Shown here: positions 48,379-57,851 of the stretch, one piece after another | Layout of the letters: each line of letters begins with the position of its first letter | Position numbering within the stretch: the stretch's first letter is position 1 | From: Candidatus Poribacteria bacterium | GTDB lineage: Bacteria; Poribacteria; WGA-4E; WGA-3G | Reading direction: 5' to 3' | Assembly: GCA_965205015.1 (NCBI GenBank) | Contig: OZ242029.1 | Coordinates: 4,256,001 to 4,320,000 of the forward strand | Length of the DNA: 64,000 bases | Program-made: the position numbers and the translations under genes | Notes under the pieces: model-generated | Databases searched by the model: none | What the model was told of the DNA's origin: nothing | Seen by the model: the letters and a program-made list of their open reading frames with translations, nothing else

Positions 48379-49038
48379 ATGCTTACACATGCAGCTGAGG
48401 ATTACCTCAAGTCAATCTATAAATTGCAAGAGAAAGTCGGTAAAGTTTCGACCGGCATTTTGGCGGACTACCTCAATGTGAAGCCTGCGTCTGCCACCGG
48501 GATGATTAAGAAGTTAAAAACGATGAAACTGGTGAGACACGAGCGGTATCATGGTGTCACGCTGACGGATGCTGGGAAAGCAATCGCACTTGAAATTATT
48601 CGGCACCATCGTTTATTGGAACTTTATCTATTCAAGGCGCTTGGTGTACCGTGGGATGGTGTTCACGAAGAAGCCGAGAAATTGGAGCATGTCATTTCGG
48701 AAGATGTCGAGGCGCGGATGGACGAGTTTCTCGGCTACCCAACTGCCGACCCGCATGGCGCCCCGATACCCGATAAAAACGGTGTTGTGAAGAAGACGGC
48801 GCATATCCCGATGACAGAAGTGTGTGAGGGACAATCCTGTGTTGTTGCTGAAGTCAGTGACACCGATTCAGCGTTGCTTCGGCATTTAGGAAGTTTCAAT
48901 CTCTACCCGGGCACAGCATTCCGAGTGATTGAGGTCGCTCCCTTTGAAGGTCCCTTTACTATCGACGTTGCAGGACAGCAGGTCGTTATTGGGCGGGAGG
49001 TAGCGAAACATATTTTTGTCGAGGATGTGGAGGAATAG
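48379..49038 (+). CDS. DtxR/MntR family metal-dependent repressor with FeoA domain
   Basis: EDYLKSIY, RHHRLLELYL, HEEAEKLEH, DPHGAPIP. Confidence 0.95.
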   Translation: MLTHAAEDYLKSIYKLQEKVGKVSTGILADYLNVKPASATGMIKKLKTMKLVRHERYHGVTLTDAGKAIALEIIRHHRLLELYLFKALGVPWDGVHEEAEKLEHVISEDVEARMDEFLGYPTADPHGAPIPDKNGVVKKTAHIPMTEVCEGQSCVVAEVSDTDSALLRHLGSFNLYPGTAFRVIEVAPFEGPFTIDVAGQQVVIGREVAKHIFVEDVEE

Positions 49039-49172
49039 TTATCGGTTATCGGTTGTCGGCTATCGGTTAAGAGATGTCTGTAACAATCTTTGCCAATTTG
49101 GAATACTCTGGGAAATGGTGAATTGTTACGTGAAACCTCTTGACCGACAACTGATTACTGACTGCTGACAAC
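49038..49172. repeat. Heptamer-periodic inverted-repeat element
   Basis: gttatcg gttatcg gttgtcg gctatcg gttaagag ... ctcttgac cgacaac tgattac tgactgc tgacaac. Confidence 0.7.
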
Positions 49173-49181
49173 GATAAAAAA

Positions 49182-50321
49182 ATGGAACAGCAAAAACAGA
49201 TGCGACCGGATGGTAAAACAATCAAGATATGGAAGCGCCATTTACAAGATGAAGTTGACGCGGGTTTCCTTTATAGCGTTTTCGCTGGTCTTGAGTCCGA
49301 TTCGAAGCGAAAGGATATCTTAAGTGGACTCGCTGGGGTGGAAAATCGGCATGTCATACGTTGGCGGGAGATGCTTGCCACCTACGATATAAAGGTGAGA
49401 AAGCAGCGACCAACATTGAAAGCGAAATTGATGGCATGGTATGCGCGCCGATTTGGGAGTGAGTTTCCACTCTCGCAGATGCTTGGTGAAGAGGCGAGTG
49501 AGGTTAAGGATTATCTAACGCTTCATAGAAACAGTACATTGGCAGATGCGAAGGAGACGGCACTGATTTTAGCCAGAGAATCTGCGATGCATACAGAAAG
49601 TTTGCAGGAGCTCACTGGCACGAGTGAGGAACCGTGGCACAAGACTGAATCTGGAGGCATGGTTGGCAACATTGTTTATGGATTTAACGACGGCTTAACG
49701 GCGAACTTCGGTTTAGTCGCCGGCGTTATAGCGGCAACGTCCGATGTCTCTACGATTCTTGTGACAGGCATCGTTGGGACGGTCGCGGATGCCCTTTCTA
49801 TGGGGGCTTCGGGATACCTCGCCGCGAAAAGTGAACAAGAGGTTTATGAACACGAAATCGAGGTCGAAAGGGAGGAAATCCGCCTCATGCCTGACCTTGA
49901 AGAGGAGGAACTCGCCCTTATTTATGCAGCGCGAGGCGTCCCCGAAGAACAGGCTCGCGAACTTGCCAAGGAAGTGATGAGCGACCCCGAAAGAGCATTG
50001 GGAGAGAAAATCCAAACCGAACTTAAAATCGGGGAAATTTATGCCACCCCGTTCAAAGAGGGGTGGATTACAGGACTCGCAACTGCTATCGGGGCTTTTA
50101 TTCCTGTTGCTCCATTTCTTTTTATAGAAGGTATGCTTGCCATTTGGATCTCGTTCGCACTTGCCATGATGTCTCACTTTGCTGTTGGTGCTACCCGAAG
50201 TCTCTTCACCGGGCGCAGTTTATTTCGCAGTGGTATTGACATGTTCGTTGTAGGGCTCGGTGTCGCAGGCGTGGGTTATCTCGTCGGTGAGATCTTAGAA
50301 CACTTCTTTTTTGGGAATTAA
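49182..50321 (+). CDS. VIT1/CCC1 transporter with N-terminal ferritin/rubrerythrin-like domain
   Basis: LQDEVDA, ENRH, ESAMH; VYGFNDGL, ALSMGASGYLAAKSE. Confidence 0.88.
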   Translation: MEQQKQMRPDGKTIKIWKRHLQDEVDAGFLYSVFAGLESDSKRKDILSGLAGVENRHVIRWREMLATYDIKVRKQRPTLKAKLMAWYARRFGSEFPLSQMLGEEASEVKDYLTLHRNSTLADAKETALILARESAMHTESLQELTGTSEEPWHKTESGGMVGNIVYGFNDGLTANFGLVAGVIAATSDVSTILVTGIVGTVADALSMGASGYLAAKSEQEVYEHEIEVEREEIRLMPDLEEEELALIYAARGVPEEQARELAKEVMSDPERALGEKIQTELKIGEIYATPFKEGWITGLATAIGAFIPVAPFLFIEGMLAIWISFALAMMSHFAVGATRSLFTGRSLFRSGIDMFVVGLGVAGVGYLVGEILEHFFFGN

Positions 50322-50325
50322 GATT

Positions 50326-51288
50326 ATGCAAAGCGTATACATTTCATTATGTTTGATGGTTTCCATACTTGTGTGGACTGGGTGCGATCCGAAAGAGCAA
50401 CCTGATGCTTCCACAGTCGGGAAAATTCGCGTTGTCACGACGATCGGTATGGTTACCGATATTGTTAAAAATGTTGGTGGTGAACGCGTCGAGGTTACAG
50501 GATTAATGGGACCCGGGGTAGATCCACACCTTTATAAAGCGAGTGCGGGTGATGTGCAGCGGTTAACTTCGGCGCAACTTATTTTCTATAATGGGTTACA
50601 CCTTGAATCGAAAATGGGGGACATTCTTGCCAAAATGTCGGGCAATACGAGGACTGTTGCCGTGACAGATGCCGTTGACCGGAGTTTGCTACTAACACCC
50701 CCGGAATTTGAAGGGCAATACGATCCGCACTTATGGTTTGACGTAACACTTTGGATGAAAGCGGTGGGAACGGTTCGTGATACACTGAGTGAATTCGATT
50801 CAGACAATACACTCATGTACTGGACCAACGCTGAACGCTACCTCGCGAAACTCGCGGAACTGCACGGATATGTGAAGTCACAAGTGGAACGCGTGCCGTC
50901 TGAGCAACGGGTACTCGTAACGGCACACGACGCTTTTAACTACTTCGGAAAGGCTTATGGGTTTGAGGTGCGCGGACTACAGGGCATTAGCACCGCAACA
51001 GAAGCGGGGATTGCCGATGTTCAGAAGTTGGCGACCTTTATCGCAGAGCGGCGCATTCCTGCAATTTTTGTGGAATCCTCCGTCTCTACGAGGAGTCTTG
51101 AAGCAGTGAAAGCCGCCGTGAAGTCAAGAGGATTTGATGTAAAAATTGGTGGAGAGCTTTTCTCTGATGCCATGGGAAATGAAGGGACGCCTGAAGGGAC
51201 TTATATTGGAATGGTTCGTCATAACATTGATACGATTGTGACAGCACTCATTGGAGGAACATCTGCCAATTCTATGGTCGGAAATTAA
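50326..51288 (+). CDS. Mn/Zn/Fe ABC transporter substrate-binding lipoprotein (TroA-like)
   Basis: Lipobox WTGC; [31 protein letters not shown]. Confidence 0.93.
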   Translation: MQSVYISLCLMVSILVWTGCDPKEQPDASTVGKIRVVTTIGMVTDIVKNVGGERVEVTGLMGPGVDPHLYKASAGDVQRLTSAQLIFYNGLHLESKMGDILAKMSGNTRTVAVTDAVDRSLLLTPPEFEGQYDPHLWFDVTLWMKAVGTVRDTLSEFDSDNTLMYWTNAERYLAKLAELHGYVKSQVERVPSEQRVLVTAHDAFNYFGKAYGFEVRGLQGISTATEAGIADVQKLATFIAERRIPAIFVESSVSTRSLEAVKAAVKSRGFDVKIGGELFSDAMGNEGTPEGTYIGMVRHNIDTIVTALIGGTSANSMVGN

Positions 51289-51290
51289 GT

Positions 51291-52031
51291 ATGCAAGCGT
51301 CCGCAACGAAAGCCATTGAAGTAACGGATCTAACGGTTGCCTATCAAGATCAACCTGTCTTGTGGGATGTTGACCTTGATGTGCCCCCTGGGGTGCTTCT
51401 GTCGATTGTCGGTCCCAATGGCGCGGGCAAAACGACGTTGATCAAAGCCATTTTAGGATTGGTACGCCCCGCTGCAGGCAATGTCTTGATTTACGACAAA
51501 CCTTATGAAGCACAACGCCGGATCGTCGGTTACGTCCCACAACGGGGGACGGTTGACTGGGATTTTCCGACAAATGTGCTGGATGTCGTCATGATGGGTC
51601 GTTACGGTGCCCTCGGATGGGTGCGACGTCCAGGGAAACAGGAGCGGGAACTCGCCATGTATGCTTTGGAGAAGGTTGGCATGGAGGCGTATACCACTCG
51701 GCAAATCAGTCAGCTCTCCGGTGGACAACAACAGCGTGTTTTCTTAGCACGTGCCCTCGTTCAAGACGCTACGGTATACTTGATGGATGAACCTTTTCAA
51801 GGCGTTGATGCTACCACAGAACGCGCAATTGTAACCCTACTTCAGGAGCTCCGAGAAAAGGGGAAAACGGTTGTCGTGGTACATCACGATTTACAGACGG
51901 TAACCGACTATTTCGATTGGGTAATGCTCTTGAACATTCGCCGGATCGCGAGCGGTCCCGTTGACGAAACGTTCACACCTGAAAATTTGCGTACAACTTA
52001 CGGCGGTCGCGTTGCATTTGTGACGAAATAG
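51291..52031 (+). CDS. Metal ABC transporter ATPase (TroB-like)
   Basis: [37 protein letters not shown]. Confidence 0.93.
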   Translation: MQASATKAIEVTDLTVAYQDQPVLWDVDLDVPPGVLLSIVGPNGAGKTTLIKAILGLVRPAAGNVLIYDKPYEAQRRIVGYVPQRGTVDWDFPTNVLDVVMMGRYGALGWVRRPGKQERELAMYALEKVGMEAYTTRQISQLSGGQQQRVFLARALVQDATVYLMDEPFQGVDATTERAIVTLLQELREKGKTVVVVHHDLQTVTDYFDWVMLLNIRRIASGPVDETFTPENLRTTYGGRVAFVTK

Positions 52032-52104
52032 TTATCGGTTTGCCTGCTGCACAGGAAACCTTCAGCAGTCGGTTTTTAGTTAAAGTCTAAACTCTGATTT
52101 TTAT

Positions 52105-52143
52105 GATTTACCATGATTATCGAAGATTTCATCATGGTAAATC
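52105..52143. repeat. 13-bp inverted repeat in an intra-operon spacer
   Basis: gatttaccatgat ... atcatggtaaatc. Confidence 0.6.
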
Positions 52144-52161
52144 GCATAAATCACAATAATT

Positions 52162-53103
52162 TTGGTCAAAAATTTGAGTATCCTAACCCATCTTGATTAT
52201 ACCCTCATGATTGTTGCCCTCGGTGCTGCCTTACTGGGTGCTGTGAGTGGTGCACTTGGGACCTATGCTGTTTTGCGCCGGCAAAGTCTCCTCGGCGATG
52301 CCATCTCACATGCCGCGTTGCCCGGTATTGCCATCGCATTTCTGCTGACGGGAAGCAAAACACCTCTGATTTTGGTCCTCGGTGCAGCAATCGCGGGCTG
52401 GCTCGGCACGCTGCTCATTTTGAGTATCGTGAGGTTGACGCGTATCAAATACGATAGTGCCCTTGGGATCATACTCTCTACCTTTTTCGGATTCGGTTTA
52501 GTGCTACATACACTGATTCAGCGGACCGGTAATGCAAATCAAGCAGGATTAGATACGTTTCTCTTCGGACAAGCCGCTACGATTCTGAAGAGCGATGTCT
52601 TAACCATAGGTATCCTCGGGGGCATTGCAATCGTCATCATGCTTGTCTTTTGGAAAGAGTTGAAGTTGCTGGTTTTCGATGAAGGTTTCGCTGCATCGCT
52701 TGGGTTCCCGATCCGTGCACTTGACATTCTGTTGACGAGTCTCCTTGTGATAGCAATCGTTCTCGGTTTACAAGCGGTGGGTGCTGTCCTGATGAGTGCG
52801 ATGTTGGTTGCACCGGCGGTCGCTGCACGGCAGTGGACGAATAAACTGAGCGTGATGATGTTTCTCGCTGCGTGCTTTGGAGCACTCGCAGGCGTGAGTG
52901 GAACCATTATCAGTAGTAGTGCTTCACGCATCCCGACGGGGCCAACGATTGTACTGTGTGCGACAGTTGGGGTCGGGTTCTCGATCGCTTTTGCCGCGAA
53001 TCGCGGACTTTTATGGGACTGGCTTCGGCACCAACGAAACAAACGGAGTCTAAAGATAGCAGCGGATCGGTTATTGAAGCATCCGCAACGTGGGAGCGAG
53101 TAG
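52162..53103 (+). CDS. Metal ABC transporter permease (TroC-like)
   Basis: LRRQSLLGDAISHAALPG, FLFGQAA; start uncertain. Confidence 0.9.
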   Translation: MVKNLSILTHLDYTLMIVALGAALLGAVSGALGTYAVLRRQSLLGDAISHAALPGIAIAFLLTGSKTPLILVLGAAIAGWLGTLLILSIVRLTRIKYDSALGIILSTFFGFGLVLHTLIQRTGNANQAGLDTFLFGQAATILKSDVLTIGILGGIAIVIMLVFWKELKLLVFDEGFAASLGFPIRALDILLTSLLVIAIVLGLQAVGAVLMSAMLVAPAVAARQWTNKLSVMMFLAACFGALAGVSGTIISSSASRIPTGPTIVLCATVGVGFSIAFAANRGLLWDWLRHQRNKRSLKIAADRLLKHPQRGSE

Positions 53104-53105
53104 AC

Positions 53106-54215
53106 GTGATACAAGAGCATCTTGATATCCAGCTCATTGCGGTTATCACAGCGGTGGCTTGTGCTTTACCGGGCGTGTATCTGGTACTACGACGGATGAC
53201 TTTGATGAGCGATGCAATTAGCCACGCCATTCTCCCCGGTATTGTCCTCGCCTTTTTTCTCACGGAGAGTTTGTCCTCGCCCCTCCTAATTCTTGCCGCT
53301 GCGGGAACCGGTGTACTCACTGTCGTTTTCGTTGAATTGCTGCAACGGACGAAACTGGTGAAGGAGGATGCCGCGATTGGCTTGACGTTCCCCGCCCTTT
53401 TCAGCATCGGGGTGATCCTGATTTCCAGATTTGCAGGCGATGTTCACTTGGATATGGATGCCGTTCTCCTCGGTGAGCTCGCTTACGCGCCGCTTAACCG
53501 ATTAAATATTTTCGGACACGACTTTGGTCCTGTATCTGTCTATGTAATGGGAACAATTCTGCTGTTGAACCTCGCCTTTATTCTGTTATTTTACAAAGAG
53601 TTGAAGTTGGCAACCTTTGACGCGAGTTTAGCTGCCACGTTAGGGTTCGCGCCTACCCTGATTCACTATGGACTGATGACGCTGGTCTCCGTTACAACGG
53701 TCGGTGCATTTGACGCTGTTGGTTCGATATTAGTCGTTGCACTCATCGCTGGCCCGCCTGCTACTGCTTATCTTATCACAAACAAACTTTCGCTGATGCT
53801 CACCTTGAGCGCGATTATTGGGAGTGTGAACGCTGTCGGTGGCTATTGGCTCGCGTATCTTTTCGATGTATCTATTGCGGGGGCAATTGCGACAATGACG
53901 CTCCTTGTGTTCGGATTGATTTTCCTGGTTGTTCCGAATCGCGGCGTTATTGCTATCGCACGGAGGCGGACACGCCAAAAATGGGAGTTTGCCCAAACGA
54001 TGTTAGTCATTCACCTTTTTAATCACGAGGGACTCCCGGAAGCTGAGGCGGAGTCAGAGATAGCACACCTCCATGAGCATCTTCGCTGGGATCCCACATT
54101 CGCAACCCAAGTCGTAAAATATGCCCTGAACAACCGTTGTGTTTCTCAAGAGGAGACACAGTTGACACTGACAGAACGCGGACGTGCAGTAGCACAGCAA
54201 GCACTTGTGCAATAA
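53106..54215 (+). CDS. Metal ABC transporter permease (TroD-like) with C-terminal cytoplasmic extension
   Basis: LRRMTLMSDAISHAILPG, VLLGEL; GTG start after GGGAG. Confidence 0.9.
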   Translation: MIQEHLDIQLIAVITAVACALPGVYLVLRRMTLMSDAISHAILPGIVLAFFLTESLSSPLLILAAAGTGVLTVVFVELLQRTKLVKEDAAIGLTFPALFSIGVILISRFAGDVHLDMDAVLLGELAYAPLNRLNIFGHDFGPVSVYVMGTILLLNLAFILLFYKELKLATFDASLAATLGFAPTLIHYGLMTLVSVTTVGAFDAVGSILVVALIAGPPATAYLITNKLSLMLTLSAIIGSVNAVGGYWLAYLFDVSIAGAIATMTLLVFGLIFLVVPNRGVIAIARRRTRQKWEFAQTMLVIHLFNHEGLPEAEAESEIAHLHEHLRWDPTFATQVVKYALNNRCVSQEETQLTLTERGRAVAQQALVQ

Positions 54216-54253
54216 TCATGCTGCACGAATTGGACTTAAAAAAGTATAGGTTT

Positions 54254-54276
54254 GTAGTCGTGCGATTCATCGCACG
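54254..54276 (+). repeat. GTAG-type REP-like palindrome, family B
   Basis: Identical to 45929-45951. Confidence 0.85.
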
Positions 54277-54303
54277 TTGCATTTTGCAACAAAGGTTTAC
54301 AGT

Positions 54304-56607
54304 ATGAAAAATACAATACAGAAGTTTCTCATCTGTTTGCTCCTTCTCAATATGGTGTGGGGTGCAGGTGCCGATGAAACCGCACTCAAGAACCCAGATG
54401 GCTCTTGGAAATGGACGAATCGACTCATCCACGAAACCAGCCCCTATTTACGTCTCCATGCCCATAACCCTGTGGACTGGTATCCGTGGAACGATGAAGC
54501 ATTGGAGCGCGCAAAGAAAGAAAACAGGTTAATTTTTCTCTCTGTAGGATACTCCACGTGTTATTGGTGCCACGTCATGGAGCGGGAGGTCTTCTCAAAC
54601 CCAGAGATCGCTGCCATGATGAATAAAGATTTCATCAATATCAAAATTGATAGAGAAGAACGTCCGGATCTCGATGAAATTTATATGACGGCAACGCAGC
54701 TCCTGATTCAGCGCGGTGGGTGGCCCAACTCTGTTTTCCTCACGCCTGATTTAAAGCCGTTTTATGCTGGCACCTATTTCCCTCCTACGGATGTGCCCGG
54801 CAGACCCGGGTTTCCAACGATCCTGGATGCTGTGCAGGAAGCATGGGTAACGCGAGAGGTGGAAGTCATTGAATCGGCAAATCAGATTGCAGACACGATT
54901 GAATTGGCAACCAGTAGAGGGTTCACGGCACTCACCGCCACACCCCTGGATAGGTCTCTTACGACCGCTGCGTTGGACTATCTGCGGACGACTTATAGTC
55001 ACGCCTACGGTGGATTTGGGAGCGGACCGAAATTTCCAAGTCCTGCGAATCTTGAATTTTTGCTAAGTGAATACGAGCGGAAATCGGGGTTACAAACCCC
55101 TCCCACAGAAAATGAATCACTATTGAAGATGGTGACCTATACGCTCGATATGATGGCTTACGGTGGAATGTATGACCAGATCGGCGGTGGATTTCACCGG
55201 TATTCTGTTGATGAAAAGTGGCTGGTGCCGCACTTTGAGAAGATGCTTTATGACAATGCCCAATTGGCGAAAGTGTATCTCCAGGCACATCAAATAACAC
55301 AAGAACCTCGCTATCGGCGCATTGCTGAGGAGATCTTCAGTTTCATTTTCCGAGAGATGACGGCACCTGAAGGTGGATTCTATTCAGCGTTGGACGCTGA
55401 AACAGATGCTGAAGAGGGGAAATATTACGTCTGGACTGCCGATGAGATTCAGAAAATTCTTGGTAAAAAGGCAGCGGCGCGTTTCGCGGGTGTTTACGGT
55501 GTTGATAAAGGACCTAATTTTGAAGGGAAAAATGTACTCTATGTTCCTGAAGGCGCAGCGTCAGAGGATGCTCTCAAGGAAGTTGGATCTGCGCGAGCAA
55601 AACTTTTAGAAGCGCGCTTTGCGCGGGAATATCCGTTGCTGGACACAAAGATCATTGTCAATTGGAACGGTCTGATGATAGACGCTCTCGCTTATGGATA
55701 TCGGATACTTGGCGAGGAACGGTATCTGAGGGCTGCGTCAAAAGCTGCGCAGTTTATTCTTGATACCCTGAAGAAACCGAATGGTGAATTGTGCCATACT
55801 TATACGGCGGGTGTGGTGAAACAGGATGTCTATCTTGACGACTACGCCTTTTTTGTCCGGGGTTTGCTTGGGTTGTATCAGGCTACAGGAGAGGAACGGT
55901 GGTTAAATTCAGCGAAAACACTTACCGACGCGATGATTCAGCTTTTTTGGGACGACAAAAACGGAGGGTTCTACTACACGAAAGCAGATGCAAAACATCT
56001 TATTGTGCGAACCAAGAAACCTTATGACTCTGCCATTCCATCTGGTAATGCTGTTGCTGTAGGAAACCTGCTGGCATTTGGGACGGATTATCGGCGTTAT
56101 GCTGAAAAGACGTTGCAGAGTTTCGCGAAGTCTATGGCACAAAGTCCCTCGTCTTTCATGTATATGCATTTTGCCCTTAACGGCTATTTGGACGCAGGAG
56201 AAAGGCTCAGTTCTGGCACCTCGCTCGTCAGTGCAACTGCTGAAATTAAATCCCAAAGGGACGGGGTACTTAATGTGATGCTTCAACTTGATATTGCTGC
56301 AGGATGGCACGTGAACGCGAACCCCGCGGGTCAAGATAATTTAATTCCAACAACTGTTACGGTGAATGCTGATGCCTCGTTTGAAATTCTTGATGTAGCG
56401 TATCCGAAAGGAAAATCAGCGCACTTTGAATTTAGTGATGAATCTGTGAATGTTTATGAAGGAAAACTGACGATCCCGCTAAAGCTAAAGCAGAAATCGA
56501 ACCGTAAGAAGAACGCCCGAGTCACTCTGAAACTCAGCTACCAGCCTTGTAGTGAGACGGAGTGTTTGTTACCACAGACATTGGATATTCCATTAGACTT
56601 ACCTTAG
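54304..56607 (+). CDS. YyaL/DUF255 thioredoxin-domain protein with C-terminal DsbD-N-like domain
   Basis: [45 protein letters not shown]; GWHVNANP...[12 protein letters not shown]. Confidence 0.92.
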   Translation: MKNTIQKFLICLLLLNMVWGAGADETALKNPDGSWKWTNRLIHETSPYLRLHAHNPVDWYPWNDEALERAKKENRLIFLSVGYSTCYWCHVMEREVFSNPEIAAMMNKDFINIKIDREERPDLDEIYMTATQLLIQRGGWPNSVFLTPDLKPFYAGTYFPPTDVPGRPGFPTILDAVQEAWVTREVEVIESANQIADTIELATSRGFTALTATPLDRSLTTAALDYLRTTYSHAYGGFGSGPKFPSPANLEFLLSEYERKSGLQTPPTENESLLKMVTYTLDMMAYGGMYDQIGGGFHRYSVDEKWLVPHFEKMLYDNAQLAKVYLQAHQITQEPRYRRIAEEIFSFIFREMTAPEGGFYSALDAETDAEEGKYYVWTADEIQKILGKKAAARFAGVYGVDKGPNFEGKNVLYVPEGAASEDALKEVGSARAKLLEARFAREYPLLDTKIIVNWNGLMIDALAYGYRILGEERYLRAASKAAQFILDTLKKPNGELCHTYTAGVVKQDVYLDDYAFFVRGLLGLYQATGEERWLNSAKTLTDAMIQLFWDDKNGGFYYTKADAKHLIVRTKKPYDSAIPSGNAVAVGNLLAFGTDYRRYAEKTLQSFAKSMAQSPSSFMYMHFALNGYLDAGERLSSGTSLVSATAEIKSQRDGVLNVMLQLDIAAGWHVNANPAGQDNLIPTTVTVNADASFEILDVAYPKGKSAHFEFSDESVNVYEGKLTIPLKLKQKSNRKKNARVTLKLSYQPCSETECLLPQTLDIPLDLP
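55084..55107 (-). repeat. REP-like family A copy inside a CDS
   Basis: Reverse complement tgtgggaggggtttgtaaccccga, 23/24 match to the intergenic copies. Confidence 0.85.
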
Positions 56608-56676
56608 TTTGTACGCTTATGATTGTGCAGATTCCGCTCAATGGGCGTGCTTTCTGACGCTCACTTTGCGATTTCT

Positions 56677-56705
56677 TTGACAATCGGACGTTTGTCTGAT
56701 ACAAT
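56677..56705 (+). promoter_or_regulatory. Sigma70-type promoter
   Basis: TTGACA-N17-TACAAT. Confidence 0.6.
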
Positions 56706-56773
56706 TAAGTTAATACCTTTTTTATAAACCTATCCGAATCGCTAATGCAACCTAACCTTAGGAGATCCCTTAA

Positions 56774-57604
56774 GTGAAAACAGTTATTTCGATCTATACC
56801 ACAATATTTTTCTTAGCGATGACATCTGTTGTCGCATTCGCCAATGTTGTTGAGGATCCTGTACTCTATCTCAATGCTGCTGACAACCCTGCGCATCCGA
56901 AGGCATGGGAAAATCTCGGTACTGAAGGCGGGGAATTGCTCGTCGCAGATAAACCCATGGAACTCGAAGAAGGCGAAATTAAAATTCCCGCCCTCGGTAT
57001 CAATGAACCAAACGCAAAGTATTACACAACCAAAGAATCCCATTCAACCTTTGGCGGTCCACCTGGAAAAAATACCCCGATATTTCTTCAGGACTGGACC
57101 TTGGAGTTCCTCTGTCGGCGCAATGGCGATTTTTTTGTCGAGGAGCATCACTTCGCTGGTTTCCAGAACAGTCCAAGAGAAGGCAAGCAGGGGATTCGGC
57201 TTTGGATAGTCGGTGGTCAGAACTTGGACGCCTCCATTCATGCCGGCGGTGCTAAACAGGGTGTTCAAACGCTTAACATCAAACTTGAAGAAGGCGTTTG
57301 GACCTGGATAGCAGTCGTCGGTACGAATGATAAGTCAATTGTTGCGTATCAAGATGGAAAAGAGGTCAGCAAACAAGCCGGTTTTGAATTCGATAAGAAA
57401 TTACCCATAAACGACATTTCAATCGGTGCAAATTCCTTTGATGAACGCCGTCGAACTTTCAACGGATCGTTCGCAATCGTCCGCGCTTATGATAAAGCAC
57501 TGACTGAAGCGGAGATTAACCAAAACATTTCTGGCGCATTCGCTGTCGATCCGGCGGACAAACTCCCAACGGTTTGGGCTAAAGTAAAACGCGGCTATGA
57601 ATAA
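56774..57604 (+). CDS. Exported LamG-like protein
   Basis: Signal peptide; WTWIAVV, FNGSFAIVRAYDKALTEAEI; tail AVDPADKLPTVWAKVK. Confidence 0.8.
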   Translation: MKTVISIYTTIFFLAMTSVVAFANVVEDPVLYLNAADNPAHPKAWENLGTEGGELLVADKPMELEEGEIKIPALGINEPNAKYYTTKESHSTFGGPPGKNTPIFLQDWTLEFLCRRNGDFFVEEHHFAGFQNSPREGKQGIRLWIVGGQNLDASIHAGGAKQGVQTLNIKLEEGVWTWIAVVGTNDKSIVAYQDGKEVSKQAGFEFDKKLPINDISIGANSFDERRRTFNGSFAIVRAYDKALTEAEINQNISGAFAVDPADKLPTVWAKVKRGYE

Positions 57605-57710
57605 TAGCACACATATACCTCTGGGTCGCGATTCCTTTCTCTCCGCAAAGCTTTTGTGGAAGTTACCGCTGGGTCGCGACCCTTTCTTCTTTTATGACGG
57701 TGAGTTTGGG

Positions 57711-57820
57711 GGTACCCACAAGGGGCACCCCTACAAGATGTCCACATCCAATCGTGCCGACGCGTCCCCAAACCCCTGACCAAGGTACCCACAAGGGGCA
57801 CCCCTACAAGATGTCCACAT
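57711..57820 (-). repeat. Two identical 37-bp direct repeats containing a GTAG-type REP, 36-nt spacer
   Basis: ggtacccacaaggggcacccctacaagatgtccacat at 57711-57747 and 57784-57820. Confidence 0.9.
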
Positions 57821-57851
57821 ATTTTGATAATTCACCACAGTATTGACGCTT

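Noticed and set aside
52956-53105. Extended N-terminus of the TroD-like permease
   Set aside because: Overlaps the upstream permease; homology begins after GTG 53106
57711-57820. CRISPR array
   Set aside because: Only two repeats, no cas genes or leader, and the repeat has GTAG-REP structure rather than a CRISPR-type end
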